From Naegleria gruberi (Eukaryota), in the NCBI GenBank assembly GCA_000004985.1, contig GG738865.1: a stretch of DNA of 64,000 nucleotides. One strand, 5' to 3'. Both the position numbers and the translations under genes were made by a program. The notes beneath the pieces are model-generated. The model did no database searches and had not been told where the DNA came from. It saw nothing but the letters and a program-made list of their open reading frames with translations. Below, one piece after another: positions 47,459-58,941 of this stretch (the first letter of the stretch is position 1; each line of letters opens with the position of its first letter).

Positions 47459-48529
47459 ATGGGAAATAGTCAACCAAGTAGAAATTTCACAAAAAATCAA
47501 TTAACAACACCAGTTTCCATTCCGATATTGTTTCTTATCGGAGATAAATCAAGTGGAAAGACGCAAACTATTCTTTCATATAACCACAGTTTCGAATTAA
47601 ACAGACGAACCCGACATTTAATTATTGAACTTTCGCGATGCATTCTTGGTTATGAAGCTCATCAAATTTCCAAGATTGACGAAAAACATTACAAAAGCAT
47701 TGCAAAAAAGTTAAAAAAAACTTGGAATTCCAAAAAGGAAAATTCTTTAAAATTCAACGCTGAAAATTTTAAAAGAAATTTAAATTATTTTGAAATTTCA
47801 ATTGAAAAACTTTTGGAAATTCTTGAAAAAATTGTAAAGGACGAATTTAGTACTGAATTGACCAATTCAGAAATTCAAATTATTGAACAAGCTCAACTAT
47901 TAATTCATCCATTTGCTTATTTCCTGGAAAATTGGTCAATTGGAACACAAACTAATCAATTAGTTGAATTATGTGCAATTCCAAGATCGAAATTATCACT
48001 TGATTCAGAAACATTTTCATGGATGAAAGAAAGAGAAAATTCTGTCGTTTTGGTTTTCATTTCATTGATTGGATGGTTGGATGAAACAGAGTATAATTTT
48101 CACAATTTTGATGAGATTGGAAAGGTGCTTGGACACGTTTCGAATAAGAAATTCGAATTTGTTTTTACAAAACCAGATCTGTTGTGGAAAATTCTGGCAA
48201 AAGGAGTGAAATATAAACATCAGGTGAAAGATACAAGAGCAGAGTTATTGGATATGGAAACTAAATACGGATTCGATCGAATAGTTAGCTCAATAATTTC
48301 AAAATACGAAACTGAACTACTGGCAGAATGCAATGATGCACAGAAACCTTTCAACTATCACATAGCAAGAACCAATTCATTGGACGAAATCTCAAAAGTG
48401 ATTGAAAGTGCCACTTCTGAATTTTCTCAATTTATTTCACCATTTATTATTCGAAAGACTTTATTCCAACCAGCACATTCCAATCAATTATTCTATTCAG
48501 ATCTATTAATATTGTGCATCTACCCTTAA
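47459..48529 (+). CDS. divergent G-protein alpha-subunit-like protein (N-myristoylation motif, intact P-loop, degenerate switch II and NKxD)
   Basis: 356 aa, a typical G-alpha length. MGNSQ (MGxxxS) N-terminus. P-loop LFLIGDKSSGKTQTI, compared with G-alpha LLLLGAGESGKSTI. A helical-domain-sized insert follows. VVLVFISLIGWLDETEY...SNKKFEFVFTKPDLLWKIL aligns with G-alpha AIIFCVALSDYD...[30 protein letters not shown] replaces TCATDT. DVGGQ is absent. The start is 3 bp after the kinesin stop. Confidence 0.6.
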   Translation: MGNSQPSRNFTKNQLTTPVSIPILFLIGDKSSGKTQTILSYNHSFELNRRTRHLIIELSRCILGYEAHQISKIDEKHYKSIAKKLKKTWNSKKENSLKFNAENFKRNLNYFEISIEKLLEILEKIVKDEFSTELTNSEIQIIEQAQLLIHPFAYFLENWSIGTQTNQLVELCAIPRSKLSLDSETFSWMKERENSVVLVFISLIGWLDETEYNFHNFDEIGKVLGHVSNKKFEFVFTKPDLLWKILAKGVKYKHQVKDTRAELLDMETKYGFDRIVSSIISKYETELLAECNDAQKPFNYHIARTNSLDEISKVIESATSEFSQFISPFIIRKTLFQPAHSNQLFYSDLLILCIYP

Positions 48530-48883
48530 TAATCCTTTAAATACAGTGAAAAATTGATTATTTTTAACAGAAACTTTCCGTAATGAAATATAACAGTTGA
48601 CATTTCCATAACTCGTGTCAAGTTTCTATCCAATTCTATCTTCATATTACATGATGAAGAAGGTAGAGTAAGCAACTGCCAAACATCAAAATTTGGCCAG
48701 CTCTATACACCAAACAAACATCTTGAAAGTTTTGCAAGTTTAAATTTCAGATCTTGGAAAAAAACGTTGCAACTTTCCATAAACAGTTTCTATTGCCAGA
48801 ACTGTAAAGAAAAAACCAAACTAATCTTCATAGCGCTCAAATTAAACTTTTAGCTTATTAGAAGACACAAAAAAATAAACACA

Positions 48884-51162
48884 ATGAAGTGGTTCTCTAC
48901 TACACATGTGTTTTGTTTGTTGTTGATTTTGTTGGTAGTGGTAGAAAGTGAGTTGACAATTCTGTCAAGCGAAGATTTGGCATTTGACAGTTCCAGGAGT
49001 AATCAGAGTGTTATTGAAAGGAAATTATTATCAATTGACGAAAATATAAAGAGAATCAATATTTCTAACACAAATTTCCTTCAAAATTTAGCAAATGACA
49101 ATTGGCAGGTAATCGCATCAACTCAATCACTAGTAATTGTTAGTTTACAGAATTTAACAACCATTGATGATGTTCTTCTACTCGCATCACGTAAACTAAT
49201 TAAAATTGGTGTACACACTATTATTGGAATAGACATTAGGTTTGTGGAGACGAAACTTCAACTAAACTCGACGAAACACTTCTACAAGACTGAGAGAATG
49301 GACAGAACATCTTCTGATTGTTGGATGGGAAATGTTTTCGAATATTTCGATGTTGTAATTTCAAGTGATTTGTTTCTTCCAATTCTCATAAGACAAAATC
49401 GAGATTGTTATGTCACAACCCCAGTGTTTAGAACATTAGATTATCAAGATTTGAGTTTAGTTTCATTTTCTCCCTTTGAAATAGTAATAGCAAACTCAAA
49501 AGCATCATTTAATGATCTTGTCACCTATCAATATGAAATAATGAACGACATGTTCAAAAATTTACAAATTTCACAACAAGTTTGTGAATCAACGACAAGT
49601 TCATACAAGGAACATGATTATTCAGTGTTGAGAATTGAACAATTTTTCACAAATATTTCAGCGGATGATTTTTTATTTATTGTGGAATATCATGCGTTGG
49701 ATAATTGGACACTAAATCAAACATTTACTAATTTGGCATTTGAAATGGTGTTAAATAGAACTGGATATAGTGTTGATAAGCTCAATTCTATGAAAAGATC
49801 ATTCTTTCCCACAAAATGTTACTCCTGTCTAACGTCATCTTGTATGTGGGAAGACAGAGCTAGTCCAGTAGCTTCAAATGCAGATGGTGTCAGTATTGGA
49901 GGTGGTATCTCTCTATTCATTGCATTATTTTTCTATTTTCCTTCTTTAATTCTATTCAGAAACAGAGAATCGGTCAAGATTCGTCTCATTGTTCCATACG
50001 TTTCGGTTCTGAGTCCAGTTTTCATCATGTTGATTCAGATTTTTCAACTTATCAAGCCGTGTTATTTGCTCTATCAGATTGCTGTTAATTTTCTATCCTG
50101 TTGGTCGATTATCATTTATTTTTTGATTTGTATTCGATTCGTCTTGTTGAGAAATATTTATACGCTAGTTCTGTATCTTAATGAGAGACATATCAAGATT
50201 TTAAAATGGTTAGTGAGTAAGAGAGTTGCAAGTATTGGATCCTTTCTGATGGGTGTGTTGATTGGATGTTTAGTTTCCCTCGTTCCCCTTGTTGGATTTT
50301 ATGATGTAAGTTGTTATTCGAATCCCAAACTAAACATCTTCTTTGAAAATAGGAATTCTTTGGAAATCGTGCTGCCATACAATGTGCTTTCATCACCTTT
50401 GGAATCACTGTAGCCATTGCAACATTATCATTACTAGCACTTGTCATTCATTTCCTCTTCAAGATTCCAATAATTTGGAGAAGAGGTCTATTATATATTC
50501 TATTCTTTGATGATCCATTTCAAATCAAGTTTGATATTTTATTCTTCTCACTCAATACTATAGTCATTACAGTTTATTTATTCACAGAGGCGAATCAGAA
50601 TTATGTTTACAGTATTTTTGCACCACTCCTATCTCACAATATTGGAATGTTGTATAGAGGAGGTTTAGTTTTGATTATTGAATGGTTTAAAACGATTTAT
50701 TTTAGAAAACAACTGAATATGACTGAGAAGGAGAAAGTGGACGAATTGGTTCTTCATTTGGAAAATCCAGAATTCTTCAATTTAATGAAGGAATTTGTTG
50801 CAAAGGAAACTTCACTTGAGAACTTGAAATTTTACGAAGAATTGAAACAAATAGAAAGAATGAGTCAATCTGACAAGAATCCCAAAATCAGTCACGAAGA
50901 AATGATTCGAATAAGGGACAAGTACTTTAAAGAAAATGTTCTATACGAATTGAATATTGGAGGCCAAACTAAGCAATCGTTTCACAATCTCGTAGCAACA
51001 GCTGCAAATCCAAATGAAGAAGTTCGCCTTAAAGATTTGAAATTCATTCTCGATGAAGAATTGATGGGAAATTTGAGTGATGCCTATTTGAGATTGAAAC
51101 AACAACCAGGTTTTAAGAGATGGAAAGTAGCTCACAATATTTATATTGAGGAAAAGGAATAG
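48884..51162 (+). CDS. 7-transmembrane receptor-like protein with C-terminal RGS domain (7TM-RGS architecture); 2 exons, ~743 aa
   Basis: Exons are 48884..50305 and 50353..51162, joined by intron 50306..50352 (47 nt, GTAAGT...CTAAAC...AAAATAG). The exon-2 frame is open upstream of the track ORF at 50647. Signal peptide, a ~330-aa extracellular region, 7 hydrophobic helices, then an RGS domain (EFFNLMKEFVAKETSLENLKFYEELKQ...IRDKYFKENVLYELNIGGQ...LKDLKFILDEELMGNLSDAYLRL). Confidence 0.7.
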
Positions 51163-51448
51163 TTTGGGAGTTTTGGAAAAATTTGTACTTTTCTCTATCC
51201 CAAGATTGAGTTTTGATTCTTGAATTCATCTTGGTTCCTTGAAAATCAGTGAAATTACTTTTCGTTCCATTTATTGGAGGAATTCTCTGAATAGTTCACT
51301 CTCGTATTAGGAAAAGCAAACTCATTCCTTTATGAGAGCTCTATGGAACGTTGAAAACCTCATAATCAGTTTGAGAATCCATTAATGTGAAATTTTAGAA
51401 AATATTCTTTACTATTATGGTTAAAGAAATATAGTTCTGGATAATCTT

Positions 51449-53133
51449 TTATTCGTCAGCAATTGCTTTCATATTTTTAATTTCTTCCTCGTGTTTCTCT
51501 CTCAATTCCTTCTTATTGAGCGATTTCTTAAGAATTGCCAAGAATAAGAAAGCTGGAATTAACCAAATAAATAAAACTAAAAGTAAGGTTTGAGGAAGTT
51601 TGAGTTTGGACAAGATACTATAAACACCACTGGTCACAGAAATTCCCAAATAGGTAAATGTTGAAAAGAAACCCATAAATTCACACTTCTTTTCCAATGG
51701 AATTAATTTGCTCATTAATCCACGAGCTACACTAGCATTCCATGCATATAAAAATCCAACAACCAGAAATTGAGCCAAAACAATGTACTTTTCCACTTTC
51801 ATTGAAATTGTAATAAATACTGAATTGAAGAAGAATTAGAAAATTCTCATTCAATTTGATTTGAAAACTTACTCGAAAGTGTTAAAACTCCAAAAAGTGA
51901 ATTTTGACCTGCCAAAACATAAATGTCATGAACCTTGAATAATTTCTCAAAAATTACACCTCCAATCACACCACCAACCATGGCAATCTTGAAATACAAG
52001 TTCAATAACACCTCCTGTTCAAGTCCAAAATTATAAATATCAATAAAAAGAGGTCCCAAATAAATTGTCACAACAGTACCAGCTGTGGAGAAGAATAAAT
52101 AGGAAAAGAGGAAAATCCAACAGTGATAGTATTGCTCATTCCTTCTCCAATGGATGAAGGTCTCAGCAAGTGATTTTAAAGATTTGGCAACCACTGCATA
52201 GACCTTTCCCAATCCTCTCAAATATTTTGGTAATTTGGAGAAACATTCAGGAATTTGCAAAGTTTGTGCTGTTTTGGCAGAAATTGGCTCTGGATTCAGA
52301 GTGACCTTATCTACACCATTTGGACTCAGAATGACAAACAGAGAGACCAGAATGGTGAGACTTGTGAAAACGAGAACCCACCAATTTTCTCTCGAAATAT
52401 CCCAAACTCCTCCCGAAAAAACACTCGAAGGTACAAAGGCCAATACCAATAATCCAACAAGATTGACACCAAATCCAATGAAATTACCCAACAAACTCAA
52501 AATCATCATATTCTTCTTATCAAAACAAGGTAAGAGAGCATTATTATTCATTACTGAAAATCTCAAAAAGAACATGGCCAATATATACACAATTTCACAA
52601 ATAGCCAAATGAGAAGTATAATCCTGTGGTGATTCATGTGGTAATTTATCAGTGAAAAACAATCCAATTGTTGCCAAAATACCCAAATACATTGTCACCA
52701 TCATTGAACTCCTAATTAATTTCAAATTATCAACCAAAGATCCCAAAATTGGCAATGTCAATGCACTTGCCAATGTTGTCACTGTATTAATAATTGAAAA
52801 TGCAGTAGAATACTCAGCTCCACTACCAGAAGCAACATTATGTAAAATCTTTGGATACAGAGCTGAATAGACAATTGTGTTCAACACATTAAAAACAATA
52901 CTAAACGATAACCATCCAATTGAACTTTTCACAACATGAAACAGTATCTGTGTTCTACTACTATGACCCATTCTATTCATTCCATTCTTAGCATCATCAT
53001 GTTCTGCATCATCATCATTCATCATTAATTGTTTTGATTCTTCATTATCAACAAATGATTGATCATGATGATCTATTGATTGAAAACGAGCATGATGATC
53101 ATATTCATCACCTCCATCTCCTCTTTGTATCAT
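51449..53133 (-). CDS. major-facilitator-superfamily-type transporter (Atg22/UNC93-like topology); 2 exons
   Basis: Exon 1 is 53133..51873, ending at a GTAAGT donor. Exon 2 is 51819..51449, or 51795..51449. Both acceptors (TTCAG or AAAG) keep the frame, giving an intron of 53 or 77 nt. About 12 predicted TM helices. His/Asp-rich cytosolic N-terminus. Confidence 0.6.
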
Positions 53134-53704
53134 TTCTTGTTCTTCTGTTCTGTTGTTGTTGATGATGATGTTGAAGAAGAAATGATGATGCAGAATTATT
53201 GTGATGATGAGGATGAGGATGATGATTATTGGAGAGTGATGATAGATCGGAGGGTGCCTTGACGAGTGGTGTAAATTTACTTGGCATTAATTCTTCTCTT
53301 TTTCACAACAAGTGTATGTAGTACTATTAATTATTAAATGTTTGAATATATTGAATATATTGAATTCCTCCGATGAAAATATTTGGATGAGGATGTTGGT
53401 GAGTGATGTGAAGAATCTTTTTTTCAAAGGGTTTTTTGAAAGTTGAGAAGGAGCGGTTTGGCAATGGATGTGTGAAAAGATATTTTGTAAAGATTGGTTC
53501 AGTATGTGATGATGGTAAATTGTATTGAGGCAAAGGGCAAAACGTTGAAGACATTGTTAGTGATATTGAAAAGGGGACTGTTTGATATTTAACAGAAATG
53601 GATTTTCACAAAAGAAATAGTTAAAAATAATCTCAAAGTTGAACTAGAGTCTAGAAATTCTGAAGAAGAGAGAAAGGATATCTTTTATTGACATGCATTA
53701 ATGA

Positions 53705-54073
53705 TCACTTGTTGGATTGATAGATTGAGGAGAGGCTCTCAATTATATCTTTACTCTTTGCAAGTTTTTCTTTTCCAAATTCAATCAAATAACCAATAGA
53801 TCTTATCTGATTCAAGAGCAGCAAAATACAACTCATAGATATGATTGCATATAAATTATTGAAACTACAATAAATCAAAGCAATAAAGTTCAGTAAAGTG
53901 TATATTAACATGCCTAGAGGATCTCTTGTTGCCATTGAATAAAACCCACATAAAACTGCCAACAAAAGCAAAATACGTATGAGTGAAAAACTATAGTTAA
54001 GGGGAGGAGAAAATCTGGAAAAACAAGATAAGATCACCAAAAATCCAATTAGCACCAATTGAAAGGAGAACAT
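53705..54073 (-). CDS. hypothetical small 4-TM membrane protein
   Basis: 122 aa, four hydrophobic helices, ATG at 54073. No family assigned. Confidence 0.35.
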   Translation of the reverse strand: MFSFQLVLIGFLVILSCFSRFSPPLNYSFSLIRILLLLAVLCGFYSMATRDPLGMLIYTLLNFIALIYCSFNNLYAIISMSCILLLLNQIRSIGYLIEFGKEKLAKSKDIIESLSSIYQSNK

Positions 54074-54297
54074 GTTTCCTAATTTCGAAAATCGGTACTG
54101 ATTTGGAAAGAGGCAATCAGTGGTTCAATATGTTTGGCAAACATGTCGTAAAGTGGTGTCGTGTTGCTTTCAGAGTTGAGCAAGATTGGTTCTGTATGTC
54201 GAGACATTTTTTAAGTTGCTTTCAACCAACTAGAATAATACGCATGCACCTTCTCTGATTGGTCCAAATACGAACTTTACAAAAAATGAATACGTAT

Positions 54298-55746
54298 CTA
54301 TATTGTCTTGATGGTGAGTTTGATGATAGGGAATGTTTGGGTGTTGAGGATATGCAAGAGCGCATCATTGTCGAATCTAACCAGTTTAAAAATTAAATCA
54401 TCCCAGTAGTGAAATGTACAAAATTGGTAGTGAGGAAGTTGTGGAAATTTGGAGCGAATTTTTGAGATTATTGTTGAGAAGTTAGATTCTTGTAGAGTGT
54501 TAGAAATGAGAACTGTTTCGTCTTGGAAAGTGGCATAAACCACAACCCTTCTATCAATAGATTGATTACTACCACTACTTGCGATTCTTGTCTGAATATT
54601 TAACTGTTCCATTGTCGGCGTGCTTGTAGAAAGAAATATCTCTTCATAATCTTTTAAAGTCCTAGATGGGATTGGAAGAGCTGTTGAGGGTGTGAAATAC
54701 GAAGTGTTTGCATTCTGAACTTCATTCTCTAAGGTGGTGACAATAGTTTCATGACGTTCATAAAAGATTGGTTTGATCGTAGAAACATCAACTGGTGCAT
54801 TACGCTTAATATCAGTTTCATTCGACAGTGGTGTTTTAGCATTTTTCTCTTCTTCTATTTTATGAATCTCTGAAGCAGTACGGTTTTTGAACAGTCTTTG
54901 ATTATTTGGCAGTTCCTTATTAATTTTTTCTTTTGAAATGGGTGTCTTTTTTGGAGAGGAGGTTTCTTGTTTCCTCTTTTTTCTGTGCTTTTTCAAAGGG
55001 CCAACAATCTGTCCAGCCAACCGTGGATCGTTGGAGGTAGCTGACCTTGTCAATTTAATTGGTGCACTACTTCTTGTTCTCCTAGTATTTGAATTTGGAT
55101 GTGAGGAATTTGACTCATCATTGTATTCACTATCAGATTCAGAATTAGAGTATAATGAAGAAGACGATGATGAATCTGACTCACTCTCTGAAGATTCATT
55201 CAATACTACCTTTGGTTTTCTTCCTCGTTTAGCCTTCACCTTCCCAATATCACTGGTTGACTCTTGTGAGAAATCAAAACTATGTTGTTTGGCTATTGCT
55301 TTGGCAACCTCCACAACTTGTGGTGTCAATTTGGCATAGAATTCTTCAATTTTCTTCAAATAATCCTTTTTAAATGCTTCCTTCTCCTCTTCAGAACCAC
55401 TAACTGATTGAAGGCTTTTTTTAATAATTGTAGTAATTTCTCTTCTAGCCTTTATCACATCTGCATTATCCTCGATCTTATTAGATATAGAACGCCACAA
55501 ATTAGAAATAAATGAATTATTCTCTAGAAGAAAGGGGGCTGGCAATCCCGAAAGGAATTTGAATAGTTTGACATATTTGCACTCACCACTCGAATGGTGG
55601 GTAAATATACAGTGAGGACATCTCATGGCAAATTTTGAGTCGTCAATTGCCCCTTTCTCTGAACTCTTTTCATTCTTCTTTTCAACAAATAAAACAGGCT
55701 GTTCCTCAGGCTGCACTTGCTTGTTCATATCGGAAATCTGCTCCAT
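54298..55746 (-). CDS. hypothetical nuclear-type protein (Cys/His cluster near N-terminus, basic KRGRKPK AT-hook-like/NLS tract, acidic Ser-rich middle)
   Basis: 482 aa from ATG 55746. Contains CPHCIFTHHSSGECKY and KAKRGRKPKV...KKHRKKRKQ. The C-terminal ~90 aa look like a small beta-grasp (PB1/ubiquitin-like) fold. Confidence 0.45.
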   Translation of the reverse strand: MEQISDMNKQVQPEEQPVLFVEKKNEKSSEKGAIDDSKFAMRCPHCIFTHHSSGECKYVKLFKFLSGLPAPFLLENNSFISNLWRSISNKIEDNADVIKARREITTIIKKSLQSVSGSEEEKEAFKKDYLKKIEEFYAKLTPQVVEVAKAIAKQHSFDFSQESTSDIGKVKAKRGRKPKVVLNESSESESDSSSSSSLYSNSESDSEYNDESNSSHPNSNTRRTRSSAPIKLTRSATSNDPRLAGQIVGPLKKHRKKRKQETSSPKKTPISKEKINKELPNNQRLFKNRTASEIHKIEEEKNAKTPLSNETDIKRNAPVDVSTIKPIFYERHETIVTTLENEVQNANTSYFTPSTALPIPSRTLKDYEEIFLSTSTPTMEQLNIQTRIASSGSNQSIDRRVVVYATFQDETVLISNTLQESNFSTIISKIRSKFPQLPHYQFCTFHYWDDLIFKLVRFDNDALLHILNTQTFPIIKLTIKTI

Positions 55747-55994
55747 TCTTCTTTAAACAGATTCTGTAAAATCAATTTATATTTAATAATTTAATAAATT
55801 AAAAAAGGGGTAGAAATTAATAATGGGTTGATGGGTTGTCACTGATAAAAAGCCTTGTTCATCAGTGTTTGCTATTATTTTTTTAAAACAAGGCTTGATT
55901 GATTTGGGGATTTGTCTTTTTAGTGACAACTCTAGCCGCACAGAAGTAATGAAGCTTTCAATGAAAATGGTCTTTATTTGTACAATGTGGTATT

Positions 55995-57434
55995 TTACAA
56001 CATTTTTATAATTACATCAATATACAATGTGTTATCTACAAGGAATCCACTCTGGGGGTCATTTAATCTTTCTAGAGCGAGTAATTGTTGCCTACCTAAA
56101 CTGGCACTATCTTTTTGAAAGTGTTCATTGAAACATTCGTGTTCTACTGATAGATTTTGCATGTCTTTCTGGTTGACCACTCTGAGGGTAAAGTCACAAT
56201 AGGCACTCGATTGATTATTATTCTCAATGACCAGACTCAAAAATACACTTATATGAGTATTGAATGAATCTCCCAAAGGATAGAGAACTACTTTCCATGT
56301 ATGTCCACCAATTTGAATTAATGGAGAGCTAACATGTTTCTTACTAATTTTAGAATAGTTTGGAATTCTCCAACGATAGTGGGCATGAGCATTTTGTTTG
56401 AATACTTGAACTACATAAATTCCCTTTCTATTTGGATTAATTCTTCCTTCATCTCCTCTCAATACTGCTCTCCTATTCTTGACAAAACTTGTTTCATTGG
56501 TACTATAATATTTGTAAGCCTCAAAAAGTAATTCGTGAGGAACAATATCCAAAGGTTCCACAGAATTCAATAAATATTCAGGTTTAATGAGTGGGAATCT
56601 GATAAAGTCGACTACATTCTTAATGATATCTCTCACAGATAATGTAGAATCTTTTCGGTCAATCCTGATCATACCCCAAGAAACTACCTTTTCTATTTCA
56701 AATTGTTAACAATTAATGATTATAAAGAACTTACCAAATAAATATTCTTCCTTTAAATTTAAATAATCCGATTGAAGAACTTCAATTAATGAATCCTCAG
56801 AAAGTAGAGTGAGGAAAGTATCATTTTCAAAACATTCATCCACATGATCTAATGCCACACTGTAAATAATTATTACTAAATATAATAAAATTACCTTCAA
56901 TAAATCTCAAACATAATTTCTTTAAAAGAGGTAATTCAAGCTCTCCTGCTGCATCAATCAGAGGTACAACATTTGCAGCTGAAATTTGTACTTTTCCACA
57001 ATAAATAAATCTCAAAACTTCCTTGAACACTATTTCCAAATTAATTTTAAAGATTAAAAACCATAAAACCCACCATTTGGAAGAACATTTGGCTTCTTGA
57101 TTGGATTTTCTTCAGAACTGTTACTCTCACGAAATCCGAGAGTGAACATGTTACGAAAATATGGACAACGAGCAGCTAGGACACATTTGTGTGCTGATAT
57201 TAATTCCTGATCATGATGTTCAGATCCAACAAGAAAGAAAACATCTCTGAAATGTTCCATCTGATATAATTGTTCAAAATCCGTACTCAATGTACTAGTA
57301 TCTTGTAAATCAGTTCCGACTAATCCAAAAATTTGATCACCATAATTTTGACTAATATTCAAATCGGAATCATCAAGATTTGGAGTCTCCACACCATTAG
57401 GTTCATCAACAGCTGATCCTAGTTGATGAACCAT
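55995..57434 (-). CDS. BTB/POZ-BACK protein with C-terminal beta-sandwich (PHR/MATH-like) domain; 4 exons, ~435 aa
   Basis: Exons on the minus strand are 57434..57074, 57029..56895, 56848..56735 and 56692..55995. Introns are 44 nt (GTGGGT...AATAG), 46 nt (GTAATT...CATTAG) and 42 nt (GTAAGT...AAATAG). The spliced BTB reads DVFFLVGSEHHDQELISAHKCVLAARCPYFRNMF...FKEVLRFIYCGKVQISAANVVPLIDAAGELELPLLKKLCLRFIED, then BACK-like HVDECFENDTFLTLLSEDSLIEVLQSDYL. The C-terminal region includes IQIGGHTWKVVLYPLG. Confidence 0.7.
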
Positions 57435-57680
57435 TTTTTTCTATTTAAAAATAAATTGTTTAATATTAATAAATAATATTTTAAACAATGTTGTAAAACT
57501 CCCAATCCATCGTATTCATATAATTAATGAATTTATCAATAGGATACCTGTTAAGGATGAATATTAAAAATTGTTTTTGTTAACATTTGTATGATGATCA
57601 CGTTGGCGCCAAAACCATGTACAATTCCTACATCATCTTTTTCACCTCAAAGCCTCATCATACAACAATAAAAGAAAAAA

Positions 57681-58793
57681 ATGTCTACAAAAGGTGAATC
57701 GACCCGTTTGAAACCAAAGAATGCACCTCTCATTGAGGAAATTAGTGATGATGAAGAAGAAGTCACAATTGAAGAAGAAAAACCAAAGATTTCAAAGAGA
57801 CAAGAAAAGAGGGAGAGAAAGGCTTCAAGAATGATGGATCCTGCTGCTACTGAAGACAATGATTCCGAAGAATTAAAAGCCCTCAAAAGAGAAGTTCTCA
57901 AAAAAGCATTCAGCACATTTAAAGAGACTGAGGAAAAGAAACAAACAAACAAGTCAGCAATTGCCTACAACTTTATTGTCTTTGTTTTCATTGTCTCAGT
58001 GCTATCCTTATTTATTTTTCAAGCATTTATCATGAAGATTGCACCAACAGATGTAATTACTCCAAAAGAAACTCAGGAATTATTCTCTGGCAACAGCTCA
58101 ATCAAGGCCTTTAATATTCTATTAGGTATGGCATACTCTCCTAGACTTACTCTCCTCTATTTGGCTGTCACTGATAGACAAGTTATTGTGGATCTTTTTG
58201 ACAAGTCTGGATTAGTTTTTGGAAAGGACAAGAACAGCTATCTTGATTTGAGTCTTAAGGTGATGGGGTGTGCCATCTCTCCACGTTTATTCTTCATTTT
58301 ACAGAGTGCCAACGTGTTGATTGATAGACATTATGATCTTGTTGAGAGTGGAACAGTTTTTTCTGTAATTTCAGAACAACTTCAAGACTTTGGAGGTCTC
58401 TACTCTTTGGTTACTGACTCCTTCTGGAAGAATGACAAGACATTTGAGACTCTCTTCTTTTCATTCTCAATTTTCTGTCAAGTAGTATTTTTAATCTTTG
58501 ACTTTGCTTCGAGAATTGGATTTTTCAAGAGAGGAGTTAAATTCTTAATCATGCTTCTCCTTTGGGTTGTATTGAACTCTTACTTTATCCCTCCAATGAT
58601 TTTGTCTTACATGTTCAAGATTACCTATTTCATTCAGCCTGGATTAACTTTGATCATGTACTTGACTGAAAGTTTGGAAATCAAATACGAAAAGCAATTA
58701 CTCGATTCTCAAGAAAGAGAACAAAGAGAAGCCTTCTTAAAGGATGCTCGTGAAACTTTGAAAAAGGCTCAACAATCCAAAAAGCAAGAATAA
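57681..58793 (+). CDS. hypothetical membrane protein (acidic/basic cytosolic N-terminus, several C-terminal TM helices)
   Basis: 370 aa. The N-terminal 90 aa are charged (DDEEEVTIEEEKPKISKRQEKRERK). 4-5 hydrophobic helices follow. Charged coiled C-terminus. Confidence 0.45.
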   Translation: MSTKGESTRLKPKNAPLIEEISDDEEEVTIEEEKPKISKRQEKRERKASRMMDPAATEDNDSEELKALKREVLKKAFSTFKETEEKKQTNKSAIAYNFIVFVFIVSVLSLFIFQAFIMKIAPTDVITPKETQELFSGNSSIKAFNILLGMAYSPRLTLLYLAVTDRQVIVDLFDKSGLVFGKDKNSYLDLSLKVMGCAISPRLFFILQSANVLIDRHYDLVESGTVFSVISEQLQDFGGLYSLVTDSFWKNDKTFETLFFSFSIFCQVVFLIFDFASRIGFFKRGVKFLIMLLLWVVLNSYFIPPMILSYMFKITYFIQPGLTLIMYLTESLEIKYEKQLLDSQEREQREAFLKDARETLKKAQQSKKQE

Positions 58794-58941
58794 AGGTTCA
58801 AATATTTATTATTTTTTAAAAGTACCTCCAACTTTCACAATATCATAGGTGCTTACTGTCAAGGGTAAGTATTTCAATATGAATCATCAACCCTGTTACA
58901 AAACTCTTAAGAATATTTATTAATAAAAATTCAAATAAAAA

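Noticed and set aside
50311-50330. ttcgaatccc, resembling a tRNA T-arm/T-loop (GTTCGAATCC)
   Set aside because: It lies inside the 47-nt intron of the 7TM-RGS gene. There is no acceptor stem, D-arm or anticodon arm around it, so the match is chance.
56836-57039. Apparent BACK-domain FIEGNFIIFSNNYL continuation suggesting an unspliced exon followed by a frameshift
   Set aside because: Splicing a 46-nt GTAATT...CATTAG intron gives an in-frame, better-conserved BACK sequence (FIEDHVDECFENDTFLTLL...). The resemblance of the intron translation to the consensus is coincidental.
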